Source: a virus
IMG/VR virus record: IMGVR_UViG_3300034102_002416
Length of the DNA: 64,000 nt
Direction: 5' to 3' (one strand)
Shown: in pieces, positions 18,611 to 29,520 of the stretch
How positions within the stretch are numbered: the first letter of the stretch is position 1
Layout of the letters: every line of letters starts with the position of its first letter
Notes under the pieces: model-generated
What the model saw: only the letters and a program-made list of their open reading frames with translations
What the model was told of the DNA's origin: nothing
Databases searched by the model: none
Position numbers and translations under genes: made by a program

Positions 18611-19506
18611 AATTCTTGTATTCTTTTTTGTATGTAAAAATCAATATTTTGATTAAAATTAGTTCGTTGTTCTGATACATCAGTCTTAACGATATTATTT
18701 CTATAATAACTAGAAAATTCTTTTCCAACTAACGGTCCGGTTCCATATTCAAATATAATTTGATTATCTAGTCGATATTGTTGAAAATCATATCCATGTT
18801 GTTTGGCAATTGTACTAACTACAAGTCCATAATAATCCCATCCTCCATACCCAACCCAATCTTCTTGAACTGGTGCTAATTTTTCGTAATATGATTTACT
18901 ATATAAATCGAACCATCCTGCCCATTTTTCTTGATTAATTGGTGTTAATTTAACCGGATCTGATGTTGTTTTAATAAAATAATCTACATCAAATATATCG
19001 GTGGTGTGTTCCCAACCATAATGCGGGCCAATTGCAAATTTGGGATGCGTTAATATTTCCCAACTTTCATCCCACATTCTACATATTTGCGGAGTAATTA
19101 CGAAATATTCATTTTTTATTGTAGTCGCCGCTTGTATGATATATTCTAATAAATGTTCATGAAAATACATATCTGGACAAATTGTTATATAATAATCTAC
19201 CGTTTCATGCATAGCAGATTTTTGTAAATCCAAATGTCCGTATAAAATATCTCCTTCAATAATTTTTGGATTATGAATATAATCATTCAATAAAATAGAA
19301 ATATTTTCATACTTTTGTATAAAAAAATCTTTTGGAAGTTTTGTTTGTTCCCAATCGATTAGTTTGTCAGATAAATTTAAAACGGAATCAATAATTATTG
19401 TATGTTCATTTGATAAAAAATACTTAGATTTTTTTAATTGTATAAATGAAAGTAATGCATAGTCAATTTCCCATGGCATTATATGATACATTATTTTTAT
19501 ATTCAT
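18607..19506 (-). CDS. Hypothetical protein, possible GT-A fold glycosyltransferase
   Basis: ICPDMYF and GYGGWD motifs; cluster context. Confidence 0.5.
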   Translation of the reverse strand: MNIKIMYHIMPWEIDYALLSFIQLKKSKYFLSNEHTIIIDSVLNLSDKLIDWEQTKLPKDFFIQKYENISILLNDYIHNPKIIEGDILYGHLDLQKSAMHETVDYYITICPDMYFHEHLLEYIIQAATTIKNEYFVITPQICRMWDESWEILTHPKFAIGPHYGWEHTTDIFDVDYFIKTTSDPVKLTPINQEKWAGWFDLYSKSYYEKLAPVQEDWVGYGGWDYYGLVVSTIAKQHGYDFQQYRLDNQIIFEYGTGPLVGKEFSSYYRNNIVKTDVSEQRTNFNQNIDFYIQKRIQEL

Positions 19507-20273
19507 AGCATTTCTTTTAACTTATTATACGTTTCTTCTATTCCGCGTTTTAATCCAATAAAATTTACATCTAAAGGATAATATTGACCTACATAGCCAG
19601 ATATATTATTTCCTACTGATATCGGAACTTCATATGTATCTAAAGTATTAATAATTTTAGCAATATTATAAAGATATAATTTCAGACCTGAATATATACA
19701 ATCTAAAGTTTTTGGTAAATTATTATTATTAATATAATATTCTATTAAAGTAACCAAATCTTTCATATAAATAAAATCCATTAATTTATTTTCGTATATT
19801 TGGATCGTTTCTTTGTTAATATAACGTTTAATATTTGATTTAATAAATCTGGTATCTAATTCATTTTCATCGAACACTCCAAATATTCTTAAATTATAAA
19901 AATTTGGTTTATCGTTAATCGATTGACTAATAATAAATTTGCTTAAACCGTACGGAGTCGAATGAGTTAGTTCAGCACCAGATCCTAAATTTATAAATTT
20001 ATTATAATTAGTTTGGTGATTTAAAAGATTATAGTATAATTTTATATTTTGATCTATAATTGAACTGTCTTCTAGTTTGTTTCTGTGACCGCCAACGATT
20101 GCAGTATGAATTACTACATCAAAATATTTTCCGGAAAACCAATTATTTGTAGCTATCGAATCGGTTAAATCGAAATCATCTCTTCCAATGCAAGTAACCT
20201 CATATTTAGAATGTAAATATGAATACAAACTTCGTCCTATGTAACCATTTTTACCTGTAATTAATATTTTCAT
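19503..20273 (-). CDS. NAD-dependent epimerase/reductase (extended SDR)
   Basis: ILITGKNGYIG and YGLSK catalytic motif. Confidence 0.85.
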   Translation of the reverse strand: MKILITGKNGYIGRSLYSYLHSKYEVTCIGRDDFDLTDSIATNNWFSGKYFDVVIHTAIVGGHRNKLEDSSIIDQNIKLYYNLLNHQTNYNKFINLGSGAELTHSTPYGLSKFIISQSINDKPNFYNLRIFGVFDENELDTRFIKSNIKRYINKETIQIYENKLMDFIYMKDLVTLIEYYINNNNLPKTLDCIYSGLKLYLYNIAKIINTLDTYEVPISVGNNISGYVGQYYPLDVNFIGLKRGIEETYNKLKEML

Positions 20274-21268
20274 TTATTCTTCAGCTTTTGTGCTACTTCT
20301 AAAATAAGATCTTCTTGTCCTGCAACTAATTTTCTATTTCCTAACTCAAAAATAAGAGATGAATATTCAATTCCATATAATTTAGATGCTTTAATTATCG
20401 GCTTCTCAAATCCGGAAAATAATTTTGTTAATCCAGTTAAAACATTAATGGGCGTGGATACGGGATGTGTTGGAACTAAATAATCCATTACACGATCTGC
20501 TTCTTTAATCGTTTCTTCAAAACTAATTCCGGTAGAAAAATTACTACGTTCAAACACAGGTAATAATAATTCTAAAGGTGCATTACCAGCTCCAGCCCCA
20601 AATCCTCGAATACACGCATCAATCAATTCAGCTCCATTTTCGGCAGCTACTAATGAATTAGCTACAGCACATCCTAAATTATTATGCGCATGAAACCCAA
20701 CTTTAATATTTAATTGTGATTTTAACAAACTAATACGTTCTTTTACGTCAGCAGGTAAATAAGTGCCTGTCGAATCCATAATGATAACAGCTTGGGCGCC
20801 ATATTCTTCCATGATCTTAGCTTGTTCTGCTAACTCAGCTGGTGTGATTAAAGCAGACATCATTAATACCCCATATACCGTTTTACCGGTCTTTGCTAAA
20901 TATTCTATGTGGGATTTTGATAAAGTTGCTTCAGTACAATGTGTTGCGACACGAAATACATCGACTCCATAATCGATAGCTAACATTGCGTCATCAATAG
21001 TAGATAAGCCTGGAATCGTATGAACTCCTAATTTTGATGATTTAAGATTTTTTCTAGCAATAGTTAACATTTCTTTGTCGGTATTAGGAGATTTTCCTAT
21101 CAATAACGACGATGCTGCTAAACCATTACCGTGCCCTACTTCTACAACAGGTATTCCAGCTTTATCCGCAAATTGACAATATCTTTCGATGCTGTCTAAA
21201 CTAATAGTATGCTTAACGCTATGATTTCCGTCTCTAAGACTAGAATCCGTAATGATTATATTTTTCAT
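20270..21268 (-). CDS. dmpG: 4-hydroxy-2-oxovalerate aldolase
   Basis: DSSLRDGNH, EVGHGNGL, ATHCTEA, GFHAHNNLG, GAGAGN, VAGQEDLI. Confidence 0.9.
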   Translation of the reverse strand: MKNIIITDSSLRDGNHSVKHTISLDSIERYCQFADKAGIPVVEVGHGNGLAASSLLIGKSPNTDKEMLTIARKNLKSSKLGVHTIPGLSTIDDAMLAIDYGVDVFRVATHCTEATLSKSHIEYLAKTGKTVYGVLMMSALITPAELAEQAKIMEEYGAQAVIIMDSTGTYLPADVKERISLLKSQLNIKVGFHAHNNLGCAVANSLVAAENGAELIDACIRGFGAGAGNAPLELLLPVFERSNFSTGISFEETIKEADRVMDYLVPTHPVSTPINVLTGLTKLFSGFEKPIIKASKLYGIEYSSLIFELGNRKLVAGQEDLILEVAQKLKNK

Positions 21269-21270
21269 AG

Positions 21271-22128
21271 TTAATGTTTTAATTTTTCTGTAATCTTAAT
21301 TGCCGCACAGTTAATAATATCTAAGTTACCGGCATATTCTGGCAGATACTCTCCAGTTCCCTTTACCCTAATACTTAATACAACTACTCCGTTTTCATTT
21401 AGTGTAGGCGGTAATACTAGTTCGTAATATGGTATATAAGTTTTTAATTCTTCTATTTTTTCTGCAATCTTTTCTGTTAAATTATTAAAATCAATTTCTT
21501 TAGTTTTAATAAAAATAGTAGTTTGCATATCAACGCATGGTTCTGCGGGATTCAAATTAAGAATAACTTTAGTTTTTCTACATCCGGTGAACTTAGTTAT
21601 TGCATTTTTTGTAGTTTTAATGTAATTGTCAACATTGATTCTCGTAGCCATTCCGGCACTTTTAGATGCAATTTGAGACACAATTTCTACGTATTCTAAT
21701 CCTTTACAATGTTTTGATATTAAATGTAACATTGGCATTGATGCTTGTCCCCCACACGTAATCATGTTAACATTATCATCCGTTAATATAATATCTCCAT
21801 TAACATCAGGTACGCACATATCCCCAACTTTTGCTGGAGTTAAATCAATTACTTTGATTCCTTGTTCTTTAAAGATTTTAGCATGTTCTTTAGCATCTGT
21901 AGCATTAGTACAATCATATACCACTTCGCAACAATTAGGATTATTTTTGAAATAATCAATTCCTTGATCTGATATTTTAATTCCTTTTGATTTAGCAATA
22001 CTCATCGTGCCAGAATCCAATCTTCTTCCTACGAATGCTACTACATCAATAAAGTCAGTTTTAATTGACTTTAACATGAGATCGGTACCGATATTACCTG
22101 TACCTAAAATTGCTACTTTTATTTTCAT
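21271..22128 (-). CDS. dmpF: Acetaldehyde dehydrogenase (acylating)
   Basis: ILGTGNIGTDL, IDLTPA, NMITCGGQ, SAGMATRIN, YAGNLDII. Confidence 0.9.
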   Translation of the reverse strand: MKIKVAILGTGNIGTDLMLKSIKTDFIDVVAFVGRRLDSGTMSIAKSKGIKISDQGIDYFKNNPNCCEVVYDCTNATDAKEHAKIFKEQGIKVIDLTPAKVGDMCVPDVNGDIILTDDNVNMITCGGQASMPMLHLISKHCKGLEYVEIVSQIASKSAGMATRINVDNYIKTTKNAITKFTGCRKTKVILNLNPAEPCVDMQTTIFIKTKEIDFNNLTEKIAEKIEELKTYIPYYELVLPPTLNENGVVVLSIRVKGTGEYLPEYAGNLDIINCAAIKITEKLKH

Positions 22129-23876
22129 CTCGTTATACTATTACTTCGTTCATTAATTCCGGAAACCATCGCCGCTTTAATATCTTCTAAAGGCAACAAT
22201 GGCGACATTTCTTCTAGTAATCCAGCTTGAATTGTATTGTCATTATTTTTGATACCTTTTACTTTAGGTATAAATTCTTGATTCGGATCCATAAATACTT
22301 CTAAAATACTTTGATTGGTAGCTGCTAAAAAATCATCAACATTATCTAATGTATAATAATCATATCCAAATGCATCTGCTACTTTTTTATATTCTGGAAG
22401 TTCTACGCCTGTTGATTTATCAACGCAAGTTTTCGTTCCACCAAATAACATGTTTTGCGTATGCTTGATCATTAAGTAGCCATCATTGTTAAAGATAACA
22501 ATTTTAACTGGCAAATTATGAGTTTTAATTGTTTGAAGTTCTTGTAAATTCATCATCATACCTCCATCACAATTCAAACATAATACTGACTTATTACCAA
22601 ATCCAGCGCCAACCGCCGCGGCAAGACCATATCCCATTTCGCCTAAACCTAATGATGTAAACATCTTTTGATTTGGTTTGATATTAAATCCATAAAAGCC
22701 ACTTAATAAAGCAGTTCCCATGTCCGTAACAATTGTATAGTTATCGGGTACTTTGTTTGAGAACCAATCTATAAATGTATATGAATTAGTAGGATCAACT
22801 AAATGTTCAGGCATTACTCTAGGATATTTGTTTCGAATGTTATCGCAATATAATTTCCAATCCGTAGTGTCTACTTTAATTAAATCAACTGAAATTAAAT
22901 CATATAAGATGTTTCCGATATCTTCATTAATTGGTAATCCATCAAATTTATTTGTTTCTGTTGAGTCTATATCAATATGAACTATTGTTGCATTAGGTGC
23001 AAAATCTTTTCTAGAATATCCTGTTTGTAATAGAGATAATCTACTTCCCATTACAATTAATAAATCGCAATTTTGTACTATAAAATTGGATGAACGTTGT
23101 CCTTGAACACCTGAACGACCGTAGTTATTTGAATGAGTTTCTTCAAGTAAATCTACTGCTGACCAAGTTAATATTGTGGGTAAATTATGTTGCTCAATAA
23201 ATTGTTTAAATAATTTTTCTGATTGAGATAATTTAACTCCATGTCCTCCAATTACAACTGGTCTTTTACTTTGGTTAAGTAAATCTATTAAGTCTAATGT
23301 TTTTGGACTTAACATTGGAGTGTTTAATTTTTTAAATGGGGTGATAGGTTGTTCTTCAACCATTTGTCCTTGAATATCAAATGGTATTTCTAAAAATACA
23401 GGACCTGGTCTATTGATTTGTGTTGTTTCAAATGCCTTTTCAAATGTTTCGTATACATTTTCTTTAGTGATTCGAACAGACATTTTTGTATGTTTTGAAA
23501 ATGTATCTACTGAATCATATCCTTGAATACCGTACATTCTCATATCTGAATATTCATTAATATAATATGATTGTTCTTGTCCCGATATAATAATTCCAGG
23601 AATTGAATCTGCCCAATTGGATAAAATACCAGTAAATGAATTCGAAGATCCTCCGCCGGCTGTAACTAGTGATGCAGCCAGTTTTCCAGTAGATCTATAA
23701 TATGCTCCCATTGCCATAACGGCAGCTTGTTCATGATGTACAGCGATTAATTTAATATTAGATTTGTTATTTATGGAATTGTATATATGAGAATTAGCAG
23801 ACCCGATAATACCAAATACAACTTCGATATTATTCTTTTCTAAAAATTCTGCTATAACATCACTAACTTTTACCAT
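22125..23876 (-). CDS. Thiamine-diphosphate-dependent enzyme (acetolactate synthase-like; YerE-type sugar-branching enzyme)
   Basis: HHEQAAVMA, GPVFLEIPFDIQ, GLGEMGYGL, DGGMMMNLQEL...NNDGY TPP motif; inside sugar cluster. Confidence 0.85.
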   Translation of the reverse strand: MVKVSDVIAEFLEKNNIEVVFGIIGSANSHIYNSINNKSNIKLIAVHHEQAAVMAMGAYYRSTGKLAASLVTAGGGSSNSFTGILSNWADSIPGIIISGQEQSYYINEYSDMRMYGIQGYDSVDTFSKHTKMSVRITKENVYETFEKAFETTQINRPGPVFLEIPFDIQGQMVEEQPITPFKKLNTPMLSPKTLDLIDLLNQSKRPVVIGGHGVKLSQSEKLFKQFIEQHNLPTILTWSAVDLLEETHSNNYGRSGVQGQRSSNFIVQNCDLLIVMGSRLSLLQTGYSRKDFAPNATIVHIDIDSTETNKFDGLPINEDIGNILYDLISVDLIKVDTTDWKLYCDNIRNKYPRVMPEHLVDPTNSYTFIDWFSNKVPDNYTIVTDMGTALLSGFYGFNIKPNQKMFTSLGLGEMGYGLAAAVGAGFGNKSVLCLNCDGGMMMNLQELQTIKTHNLPVKIVIFNNDGYLMIKHTQNMLFGGTKTCVDKSTGVELPEYKKVADAFGYDYYTLDNVDDFLAATNQSILEVFMDPNQEFIPKVKGIKNNDNTIQAGLLEEMSPLLPLEDIKAAMVSGINERSNSITR

Positions 23877-24820
23877 ATAAATTTATTTCTATAATATTTT
23901 ACAATTTCTTTTAACTCAACATCAAATTGTTTCCTCGGTTCCCAGCCTAGAGATCTTAGTTTAGAATCATTTAATGAATATCTAACATCCATACCTGGCC
24001 TATTATATGATAAATCAATATATTTTTCAATATCATTTATATCAATATTATTTATAATAAGAAGTTTTTTAACAGTTTCCAAGTTGCTTTGTTCAAACCC
24101 ACCACATATATTAAAAATTTCATTTTCGACGCCAGATTCTATGATTGTAATTATAGAATTTGCAGTATCTTGTGCATGTAGCCAATTTCTAACGGGAGTA
24201 CCACCATTATGTAATGGTATTTTTTTTCCCAATGTTAATAATTTGCACGCTTTAGGAATTAGTTTTTCTACATACTGACCAATGCCGTAATTATTTGTAG
24301 GACGAACAATTACATACGGTACATTATGAGTACGTTGCCAAGCTAATATTAACATATCGGCTGCAGCTTTTGTTGCTGAATAAGGATTAGAAGGTTTTAA
24401 TAGATGTTCTTCTGTATGTTCGCCAGATTCAATATCTCCATATACTTCGTCTGTACTAAAATGTAATAATATTGGTTTTTTAGAATGTTCCCCTCGATGA
24501 TTCTTTATAAGTTCTAATAAATTATGAACACCATCGATATTTGATTTAATGAATTCAGAACTGCTAACAATTGAATTTCCAACATGTGTTTCTGCTGCAG
24601 TATTAATCACATAATCACAATCATATAAAAATTTTAAATCATTGATATCGCAATGCACAAAAGAAAAATTTGGATATATTTTAAATTCATTTAATACATC
24701 TTTATTTGCAGCATATGTAATTTTATCAACGCCTTTAACATACCAACCTTTTTCTAAACACGTACGTGTCACATAGGATCCTATAAATCCTAAACATCCG
24801 GTCACATAAACTACTTTCAT
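23870..24820 (-). CDS. rfbB: dTDP-glucose 4,6-dehydratase-like
   Basis: TGCLGFIGS, DKITYA, AAETHV, STDEVYG, PYSATK, NNYG..Q..EKLIP. Confidence 0.85.
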   Translation of the reverse strand: MKVVYVTGCLGFIGSYVTRTCLEKGWYVKGVDKITYAANKDVLNEFKIYPNFSFVHCDINDLKFLYDCDYVINTAAETHVGNSIVSSSEFIKSNIDGVHNLLELIKNHRGEHSKKPILLHFSTDEVYGDIESGEHTEEHLLKPSNPYSATKAAADMLILAWQRTHNVPYVIVRPTNNYGIGQYVEKLIPKACKLLTLGKKIPLHNGGTPVRNWLHAQDTANSIITIIESGVENEIFNICGGFEQSNLETVKKLLIINNIDINDIEKYIDLSYNRPGMDVRYSLNDSKLRSLGWEPRKQFDVELKEIVKYYRNKFIW

Positions 24821-25650
24821 ACAAATCTTTCTTTACATCGTTCTACAAACTTATTAACTTGTTTAATCATATCTTCTTCAGCTATTTCAATTTCTTTATA
24901 TAACAATGGCAATGTTTCTATTGCTCTGTCGATATCGGTTTCGCCGAAAGCTACCCCATATGGATTAAACCTAGATCCCATTAACCATTCTTCTTTTGTT
25001 TTTGTTCCGTCTGGGATTACTATACTTATACAACCACACATTGCTGCTTGTATAGATAAAAAAGTATAATTATCATAACAATAAAATTTTTTAGTTGCAT
25101 TAAATATACTTGATATATTTGATAAATTTCCAGCATCATGAAATTTAATTTCAATCGAGTCAGCTGGGTGTACTAATGATTTTGGATTTCCTTTTCGTAT
25201 AGAATAGCAACTTCCGTTTCTAGATACATTTTTATTTTGAAATATATTCGAATGAAATTCTGTTATCATTAATTGATTTTCGCGCGATCCTAATTCGTCA
25301 GTATAATAATAATCCATATACCAATATATTAAATCCGTATCTGAATATGTATTATAATCTGTTTGATTTGCTGGGCCTAATATCCATCTTACCACATTTT
25401 TTGAATTCAATGGATTATAATGAATTCCTTCCGGATATATTACAATTGCATCAGAAATGTTATCAAATATTTCTTGAGTTATTAACGGCGTATTGTAATC
25501 GGAACATACATTAAATGTATCTCGTACATGGATTGGCATTAAATAACAAGGATAACCAATTTGGTTTAGTAAATGACATAATTTATGCATTACTTTGATT
25601 CCGCCAACACCCGGATCATAATCATATGTGTAAATTACAAAAGGTTTCAT
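24817..25650 (-). CDS. WavQ-like putative glycosyltransferase
   Basis: GGIKVMHKLCHLLN, IYPE...NPL...VVRWIL, AAMCGC. Confidence 0.55.
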   Translation of the reverse strand: MKPFVIYTYDYDPGVGGIKVMHKLCHLLNQIGYPCYLMPIHVRDTFNVCSDYNTPLITQEIFDNISDAIVIYPEGIHYNPLNSKNVVRWILGPANQTDYNTYSDTDLIYWYMDYYYTDELGSRENQLMITEFHSNIFQNKNVSRNGSCYSIRKGNPKSLVHPADSIEIKFHDAGNLSNISSIFNATKKFYCYDNYTFLSIQAAMCGCISIVIPDGTKTKEEWLMGSRFNPYGVAFGETDIDRAIETLPLLYKEIEIAEEDMIKQVNKFVERCKERFV

Positions 25651-26393
25651 ACTAAATTGTGCGTATTTTCATTTAAAAACCAATAAACATTATCAGAATA
25701 TCGTTCTTCTCCAATACAATGCATAAAATCTATTTGATTTGGTAATTCAATAATTCTTTTTTTGTCTAATGCATGTCCTATAGCGGCTGGGGCTGATAAA
25801 TTTGCGATTAACATGTTACATGAATTAATAGAAGTAAACCATTCATCTAAAGTTGTTACCTTGTAAAATTCAACTAAATGTTTATACGGAAATTCATTAT
25901 AATCATTAATGGTAGACGAAATAAATAATACGTTGTCTTTACCATAATGATCAATTAATCGTTCATATGGAAAATCTGGATTACGCATTACATTAGCTTT
26001 ACGTTGTATTAATATTTTGTTTTGTAAAATGGTATCGAGTTTATTATACGTTAACCATTTATAGTCGCCATTTATCGTAAATTTAAACATGTTTTGATAA
26101 ATATTTGACCAACACGTTTGATATAATAGTTCTGAGTCAATATATCGTCCTAAATCAATATATTCCGCCGGAACTTCATGTTTAACGTAATTATCATATA
26201 TTCCGAAACTTTTAATATATGGCTGTTGCATAATTATATCATACAACTCTTGATATGTATTTTCAATTCCAAATTCCCATCCTATGTCGTACATGTATAA
26301 ATCAGCCGGCTCATTATGAAGTTCGCATAAATTTTTTACAGCAAATAATGAATGAACAAAATCACCTAATTTGCCTCCCATTAAAAACTTCAT
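25647..26393 (-). CDS. GT9-like glycosyltransferase
   Basis: N-terminal GKLGD and C-terminal IANLSAPAAIGHAL. Confidence 0.5.
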   Translation of the reverse strand: MKFLMGGKLGDFVHSLFAVKNLCELHNEPADLYMYDIGWEFGIENTYQELYDIIMQQPYIKSFGIYDNYVKHEVPAEYIDLGRYIDSELLYQTCWSNIYQNMFKFTINGDYKWLTYNKLDTILQNKILIQRKANVMRNPDFPYERLIDHYGKDNVLFISSTINDYNEFPYKHLVEFYKVTTLDEWFTSINSCNMLIANLSAPAAIGHALDKKRIIELPNQIDFMHCIGEERYSDNVYWFLNENTHNLV

Positions 26394-26740
26394 AATTTTA
26401 TCTCAGTATATTCAGTTTCGAAAAATTTTTCTTGTATTGCTATTTTTTTTAAATACCGGTCGTAATTTGCTTTAGCAGTTATAGTAGATAATTCAGATTC
26501 ATGTGCTCTGTCGACTAATTCAAACACTAATGCATTGGTATTTCGTAACATTTCATATTCGATGCTAGTTTTTATTTGATTAAATTTATCGATTCCTATT
26601 TGATTTATTATTTCATCACTTAATAACTGATATGAAGTGTTTAATTTTTTATTGACAATGCCGGTACTGTTTTCTAATTTTACTTCATAAATTGATAGTA
26701 AATCAAATACATACGATTCATCTAAACTAATCTTTAACAT
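26390..26740 (-). CDS. Small hypothetical protein (DUF6165-like)
   Basis: FDLLSIYEVK...N.DR...K..I pattern; glycan-cluster context. Confidence 0.45.
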   Translation of the reverse strand: MLKISLDESYVFDLLSIYEVKLENSTGIVNKKLNTSYQLLSDEIINQIGIDKFNQIKTSIEYEMLRNTNALVFELVDRAHESELSTITAKANYDRYLKKIAIQEKFFETEYTEIKL

Positions 26741-26746
26741 ATAACG

Positions 26747-27367
26747 TTATTTATTTTTAATATTTTCTATAATATGAAGTCCAGTGCATTTTTCAAAGTA
26801 ATTATTCGATATAAATTCATTTGAAAAATATTTTGGATTAATCCACCAATCTTCGAAGTAATTAGTATCATCCCATAATCCTAAACTACCATTTGGTGCT
26901 TTAACATCGTCGCATAATCGAATATATCCTTTTGATGATAAAATATCATATGATTTTGTTTTAGACTCATTGCCGCCAGCATAAAAATCATGTTCAAATG
27001 TCATTATTTTAAATTCATACGAATCAAATGGAAAATTTTCTAATCCAACGATTGATGTTGGATCGATATCTAATGATATGTAATCAATTACGGTTGGCAC
27101 TTCATAAAAATTAAAAATATCTCGTAATTCCGTTTGAGGTATAAGAACAGTTAATACATCCGAATTTATACTTACATTACGACGATTTGTTGCTGATGCT
27201 GGGTCTCCGTCAATACATACGCCTTTCCAACCAGCTTCTTCTAGAAGCAATGTATTACTATTGATTCCAGTGTGATCAAATCCGGCGCCAATATCTACAA
27301 AAAACCCGGCGTTCCCAATAAGTTTTAGTGCAAATTGATCTTGGTATACTTGTGAATATGTTTTCAT
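26747..27367 (-). CDS. FkbM-like SAM-dependent methyltransferase
   Basis: YSQVYQD, FFVDIGA, SNTLLLE..GWKG, IDYISLDID. Confidence 0.8.
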   Translation of the reverse strand: MKTYSQVYQDQFALKLIGNAGFFVDIGAGFDHTGINSNTLLLEEAGWKGVCIDGDPASATNRRNVSINSDVLTVLIPQTELRDIFNFYEVPTVIDYISLDIDPTSIVGLENFPFDSYEFKIMTFEHDFYAGGNESKTKSYDILSSKGYIRLCDDVKAPNGSLGLWDDTNYFEDWWINPKYFSNEFISNNYFEKCTGLHIIENIKNK

Positions 27368-28284
27368 GCTGTTACGAATTCTATTAAACGTTTAAATGTA
27401 TCAATTAAATTTTCCTGAGACCATTCTTTCCGCAATTTTTCTACATAGTTAGTTGTTTTATTAAATTCTAATATTTCTGGTAATGTATGTAATGCCATAT
27501 CTATATTAGGATCGTACACCGGATTAAACATACCTACATTGGTAATTGCTAATGGCGTATTAGTAGATATTACATAATCAGGAACTCCAGAAATGTCGCG
27601 GCCATATCGATATGCAAATGCCATTAAATCATTGTTATAACAAAAATCTAAAATTTCTTCATTTGAAAGAAACTCAGTAGTAATATTTAATTTAATTCCA
27701 GGTTTTAACAGTACCGATCTCATTCTTTCAATATCTGCATTTTGACCGATACCGTCATTATCGCCATAATATGCTCTAGTAATATGAATATTAATTTGTG
27801 CATTTTCAAATTGATCGTTTACTAATTTTACTAAGTCATCAAAACCTTTACGTTCTCCAGCAAACCCAAATGAGCCAATATGTACAACATCGTGTTTTGG
27901 TTTAGGTTTACTAAGATCGTATTTATATAATGGTCTCGTAAAACCATTTTTTAATGGATCTTGATCAATATAATAATCAAACGTAGCAGTATGAAAATCT
28001 GGCGTATGCATTATTGTTACTGTATTTAAATCCGGAAAATTATTTTTTACATGTTGAAGAAGTCCATGATTTAACCAACCATATGGCCCAGTAGGACCAC
28101 CTTCAATCCAATTAAACAACAATACGTTAACTTGAGATAAATTTAACTGATTAAAATCTTGCAACGTTTCTATTTCAAAATACTCAATATCCAAATCGCA
28201 ATGTTGCAGGGTATCCCAGATACGTAACCCGTATTGATACACCCCGCAATTTTTTTGTTTACTATTTATGTAGTATATTTTCAT
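27364..28284 (-). CDS. GT-B fold glycosyltransferase
   Basis: CGVYQY, IGSFGF...KGF, SGVPDY. Confidence 0.65.
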   Translation of the reverse strand: MKIYYINSKQKNCGVYQYGLRIWDTLQHCDLDIEYFEIETLQDFNQLNLSQVNVLLFNWIEGGPTGPYGWLNHGLLQHVKNNFPDLNTVTIMHTPDFHTATFDYYIDQDPLKNGFTRPLYKYDLSKPKPKHDVVHIGSFGFAGERKGFDDLVKLVNDQFENAQINIHITRAYYGDNDGIGQNADIERMRSVLLKPGIKLNITTEFLSNEEILDFCYNNDLMAFAYRYGRDISGVPDYVISTNTPLAITNVGMFNPVYDPNIDMALHTLPEILEFNKTTNYVEKLRKEWSQENLIDTFKRLIEFVTA

Positions 28285-29516
28285 TATTTTCCAATTATCT
28301 CAAACTTAGGACATGGAACGATAAATTTACCACCATTTGACAAATATTCATCTTCTCTTTGTACAAATTCAGATATAAAATGCCACGGAAGTACTAACAT
28401 ATAATCTGGCTTCATTGCTCTAACTTCTTCTTCCGATAAAATAGGAATATTAGTTCCAATTGTTTTTAATCCAAATTTATATGGGGAACGTTCTGCAATT
28501 GCATCTATCATTGTATGATCCAATCCAAACCATTGTAATAATGTATTTCCTTTTGTCGATGCGCCATATCCGCAAATTACTTTACCTTTAGCTTTTTCTT
28601 GTTTAATAAAGTTTACGGTTTGTTCTTTAAGTTCTTCAATATCCGACTGAAACTTTTTCCATATATTTAAATCATTCATATTATAGAATGTAGTTTCATA
28701 TTCTAGTAACGAATCTACTCTAAATTTACATACATCTCTTAATGGACTAGTACCAAATGATGTAACGTCAGCTGTTTCTTTTTGTACATAAACTCGGAAA
28801 CTACCTCCATTAACATCATTTAAACTGCAGTCGACTATTTTTAATCCGTGACTCTCAAATAATTTTTTAAATGAACCAATTGAATGATAATATGCGTGTT
28901 CGTGACAAATATTATCAAATGCCAATTGTTTAATCATTAATGGAGTATATGACAATTGTAATACCCATATTCCATTATCATCTAATATTTTACAAACATC
29001 ATTAATAAAAGGATGCGGATCTAATAGATCGTAAAACATAGCAATCGTCGTTATAACTTTGACTTTTTTATCGCCATACCCCGTACGTTGATATGCGTCG
29101 TAACTAAAATAATCTTGTACAATCGTAGCTACTTTAGATGATTCGTTAACAAAAGTATCATCTGCAGGATCGATACCTATTTTACTATAAGTATCAGGTA
29201 CTTGCTTTAATAAAGTTCCATCATTACATGCAATATCTAACCATATGTCACCTGATTGATGTTTTACTCGAGATGTTATTTCATCTACAATGTTTCCTAA
29301 TTCTTTAGTCATAGTAGCATTAATTCCGGAACGATACCAATACTTACCCCACATCGTTTCATTTGGTGGCATTCCCGTTAATCTAGCAGCGCCAATTTCA
29401 GTGTTTAATACTAAATCTAAACTATATTTTTCTCGGCCGGTATAGTCGGATTCTGATTTAATAAAATCCGAAACATAATGTTCGCCTAAATTTACAACTT
29501 TGATGTTATTTTCCAT
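28284..29516 (-). CDS. NDP-hexose C-methyltransferase (C3-methyltransferase family)
   Basis: YWYRSG, LDIACNDG, FDNICHEH, NGGSFR, GYGASTKGNTLL, LPWHF, GGKFIVP. Confidence 0.85.
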   Translation of the reverse strand: MENNIKVVNLGEHYVSDFIKSESDYTGREKYSLDLVLNTEIGAARLTGMPPNETMWGKYWYRSGINATMTKELGNIVDEITSRVKHQSGDIWLDIACNDGTLLKQVPDTYSKIGIDPADDTFVNESSKVATIVQDYFSYDAYQRTGYGDKKVKVITTIAMFYDLLDPHPFINDVCKILDDNGIWVLQLSYTPLMIKQLAFDNICHEHAYYHSIGSFKKLFESHGLKIVDCSLNDVNGGSFRVYVQKETADVTSFGTSPLRDVCKFRVDSLLEYETTFYNMNDLNIWKKFQSDIEELKEQTVNFIKQEKAKGKVICGYGASTKGNTLLQWFGLDHTMIDAIAERSPYKFGLKTIGTNIPILSEEEVRAMKPDYMLVLPWHFISEFVQREDEYLSNGGKFIVPCPKFEIIGK

Positions 29517-29520
29517 ATAT

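Noticed and set aside
20270-23876. dmpFG as aromatic-degradation genes and the TPP enzyme as IlvB
   Set aside because: There are no other meta-cleavage or ilv genes, and these genes are embedded among NDP-sugar enzymes.
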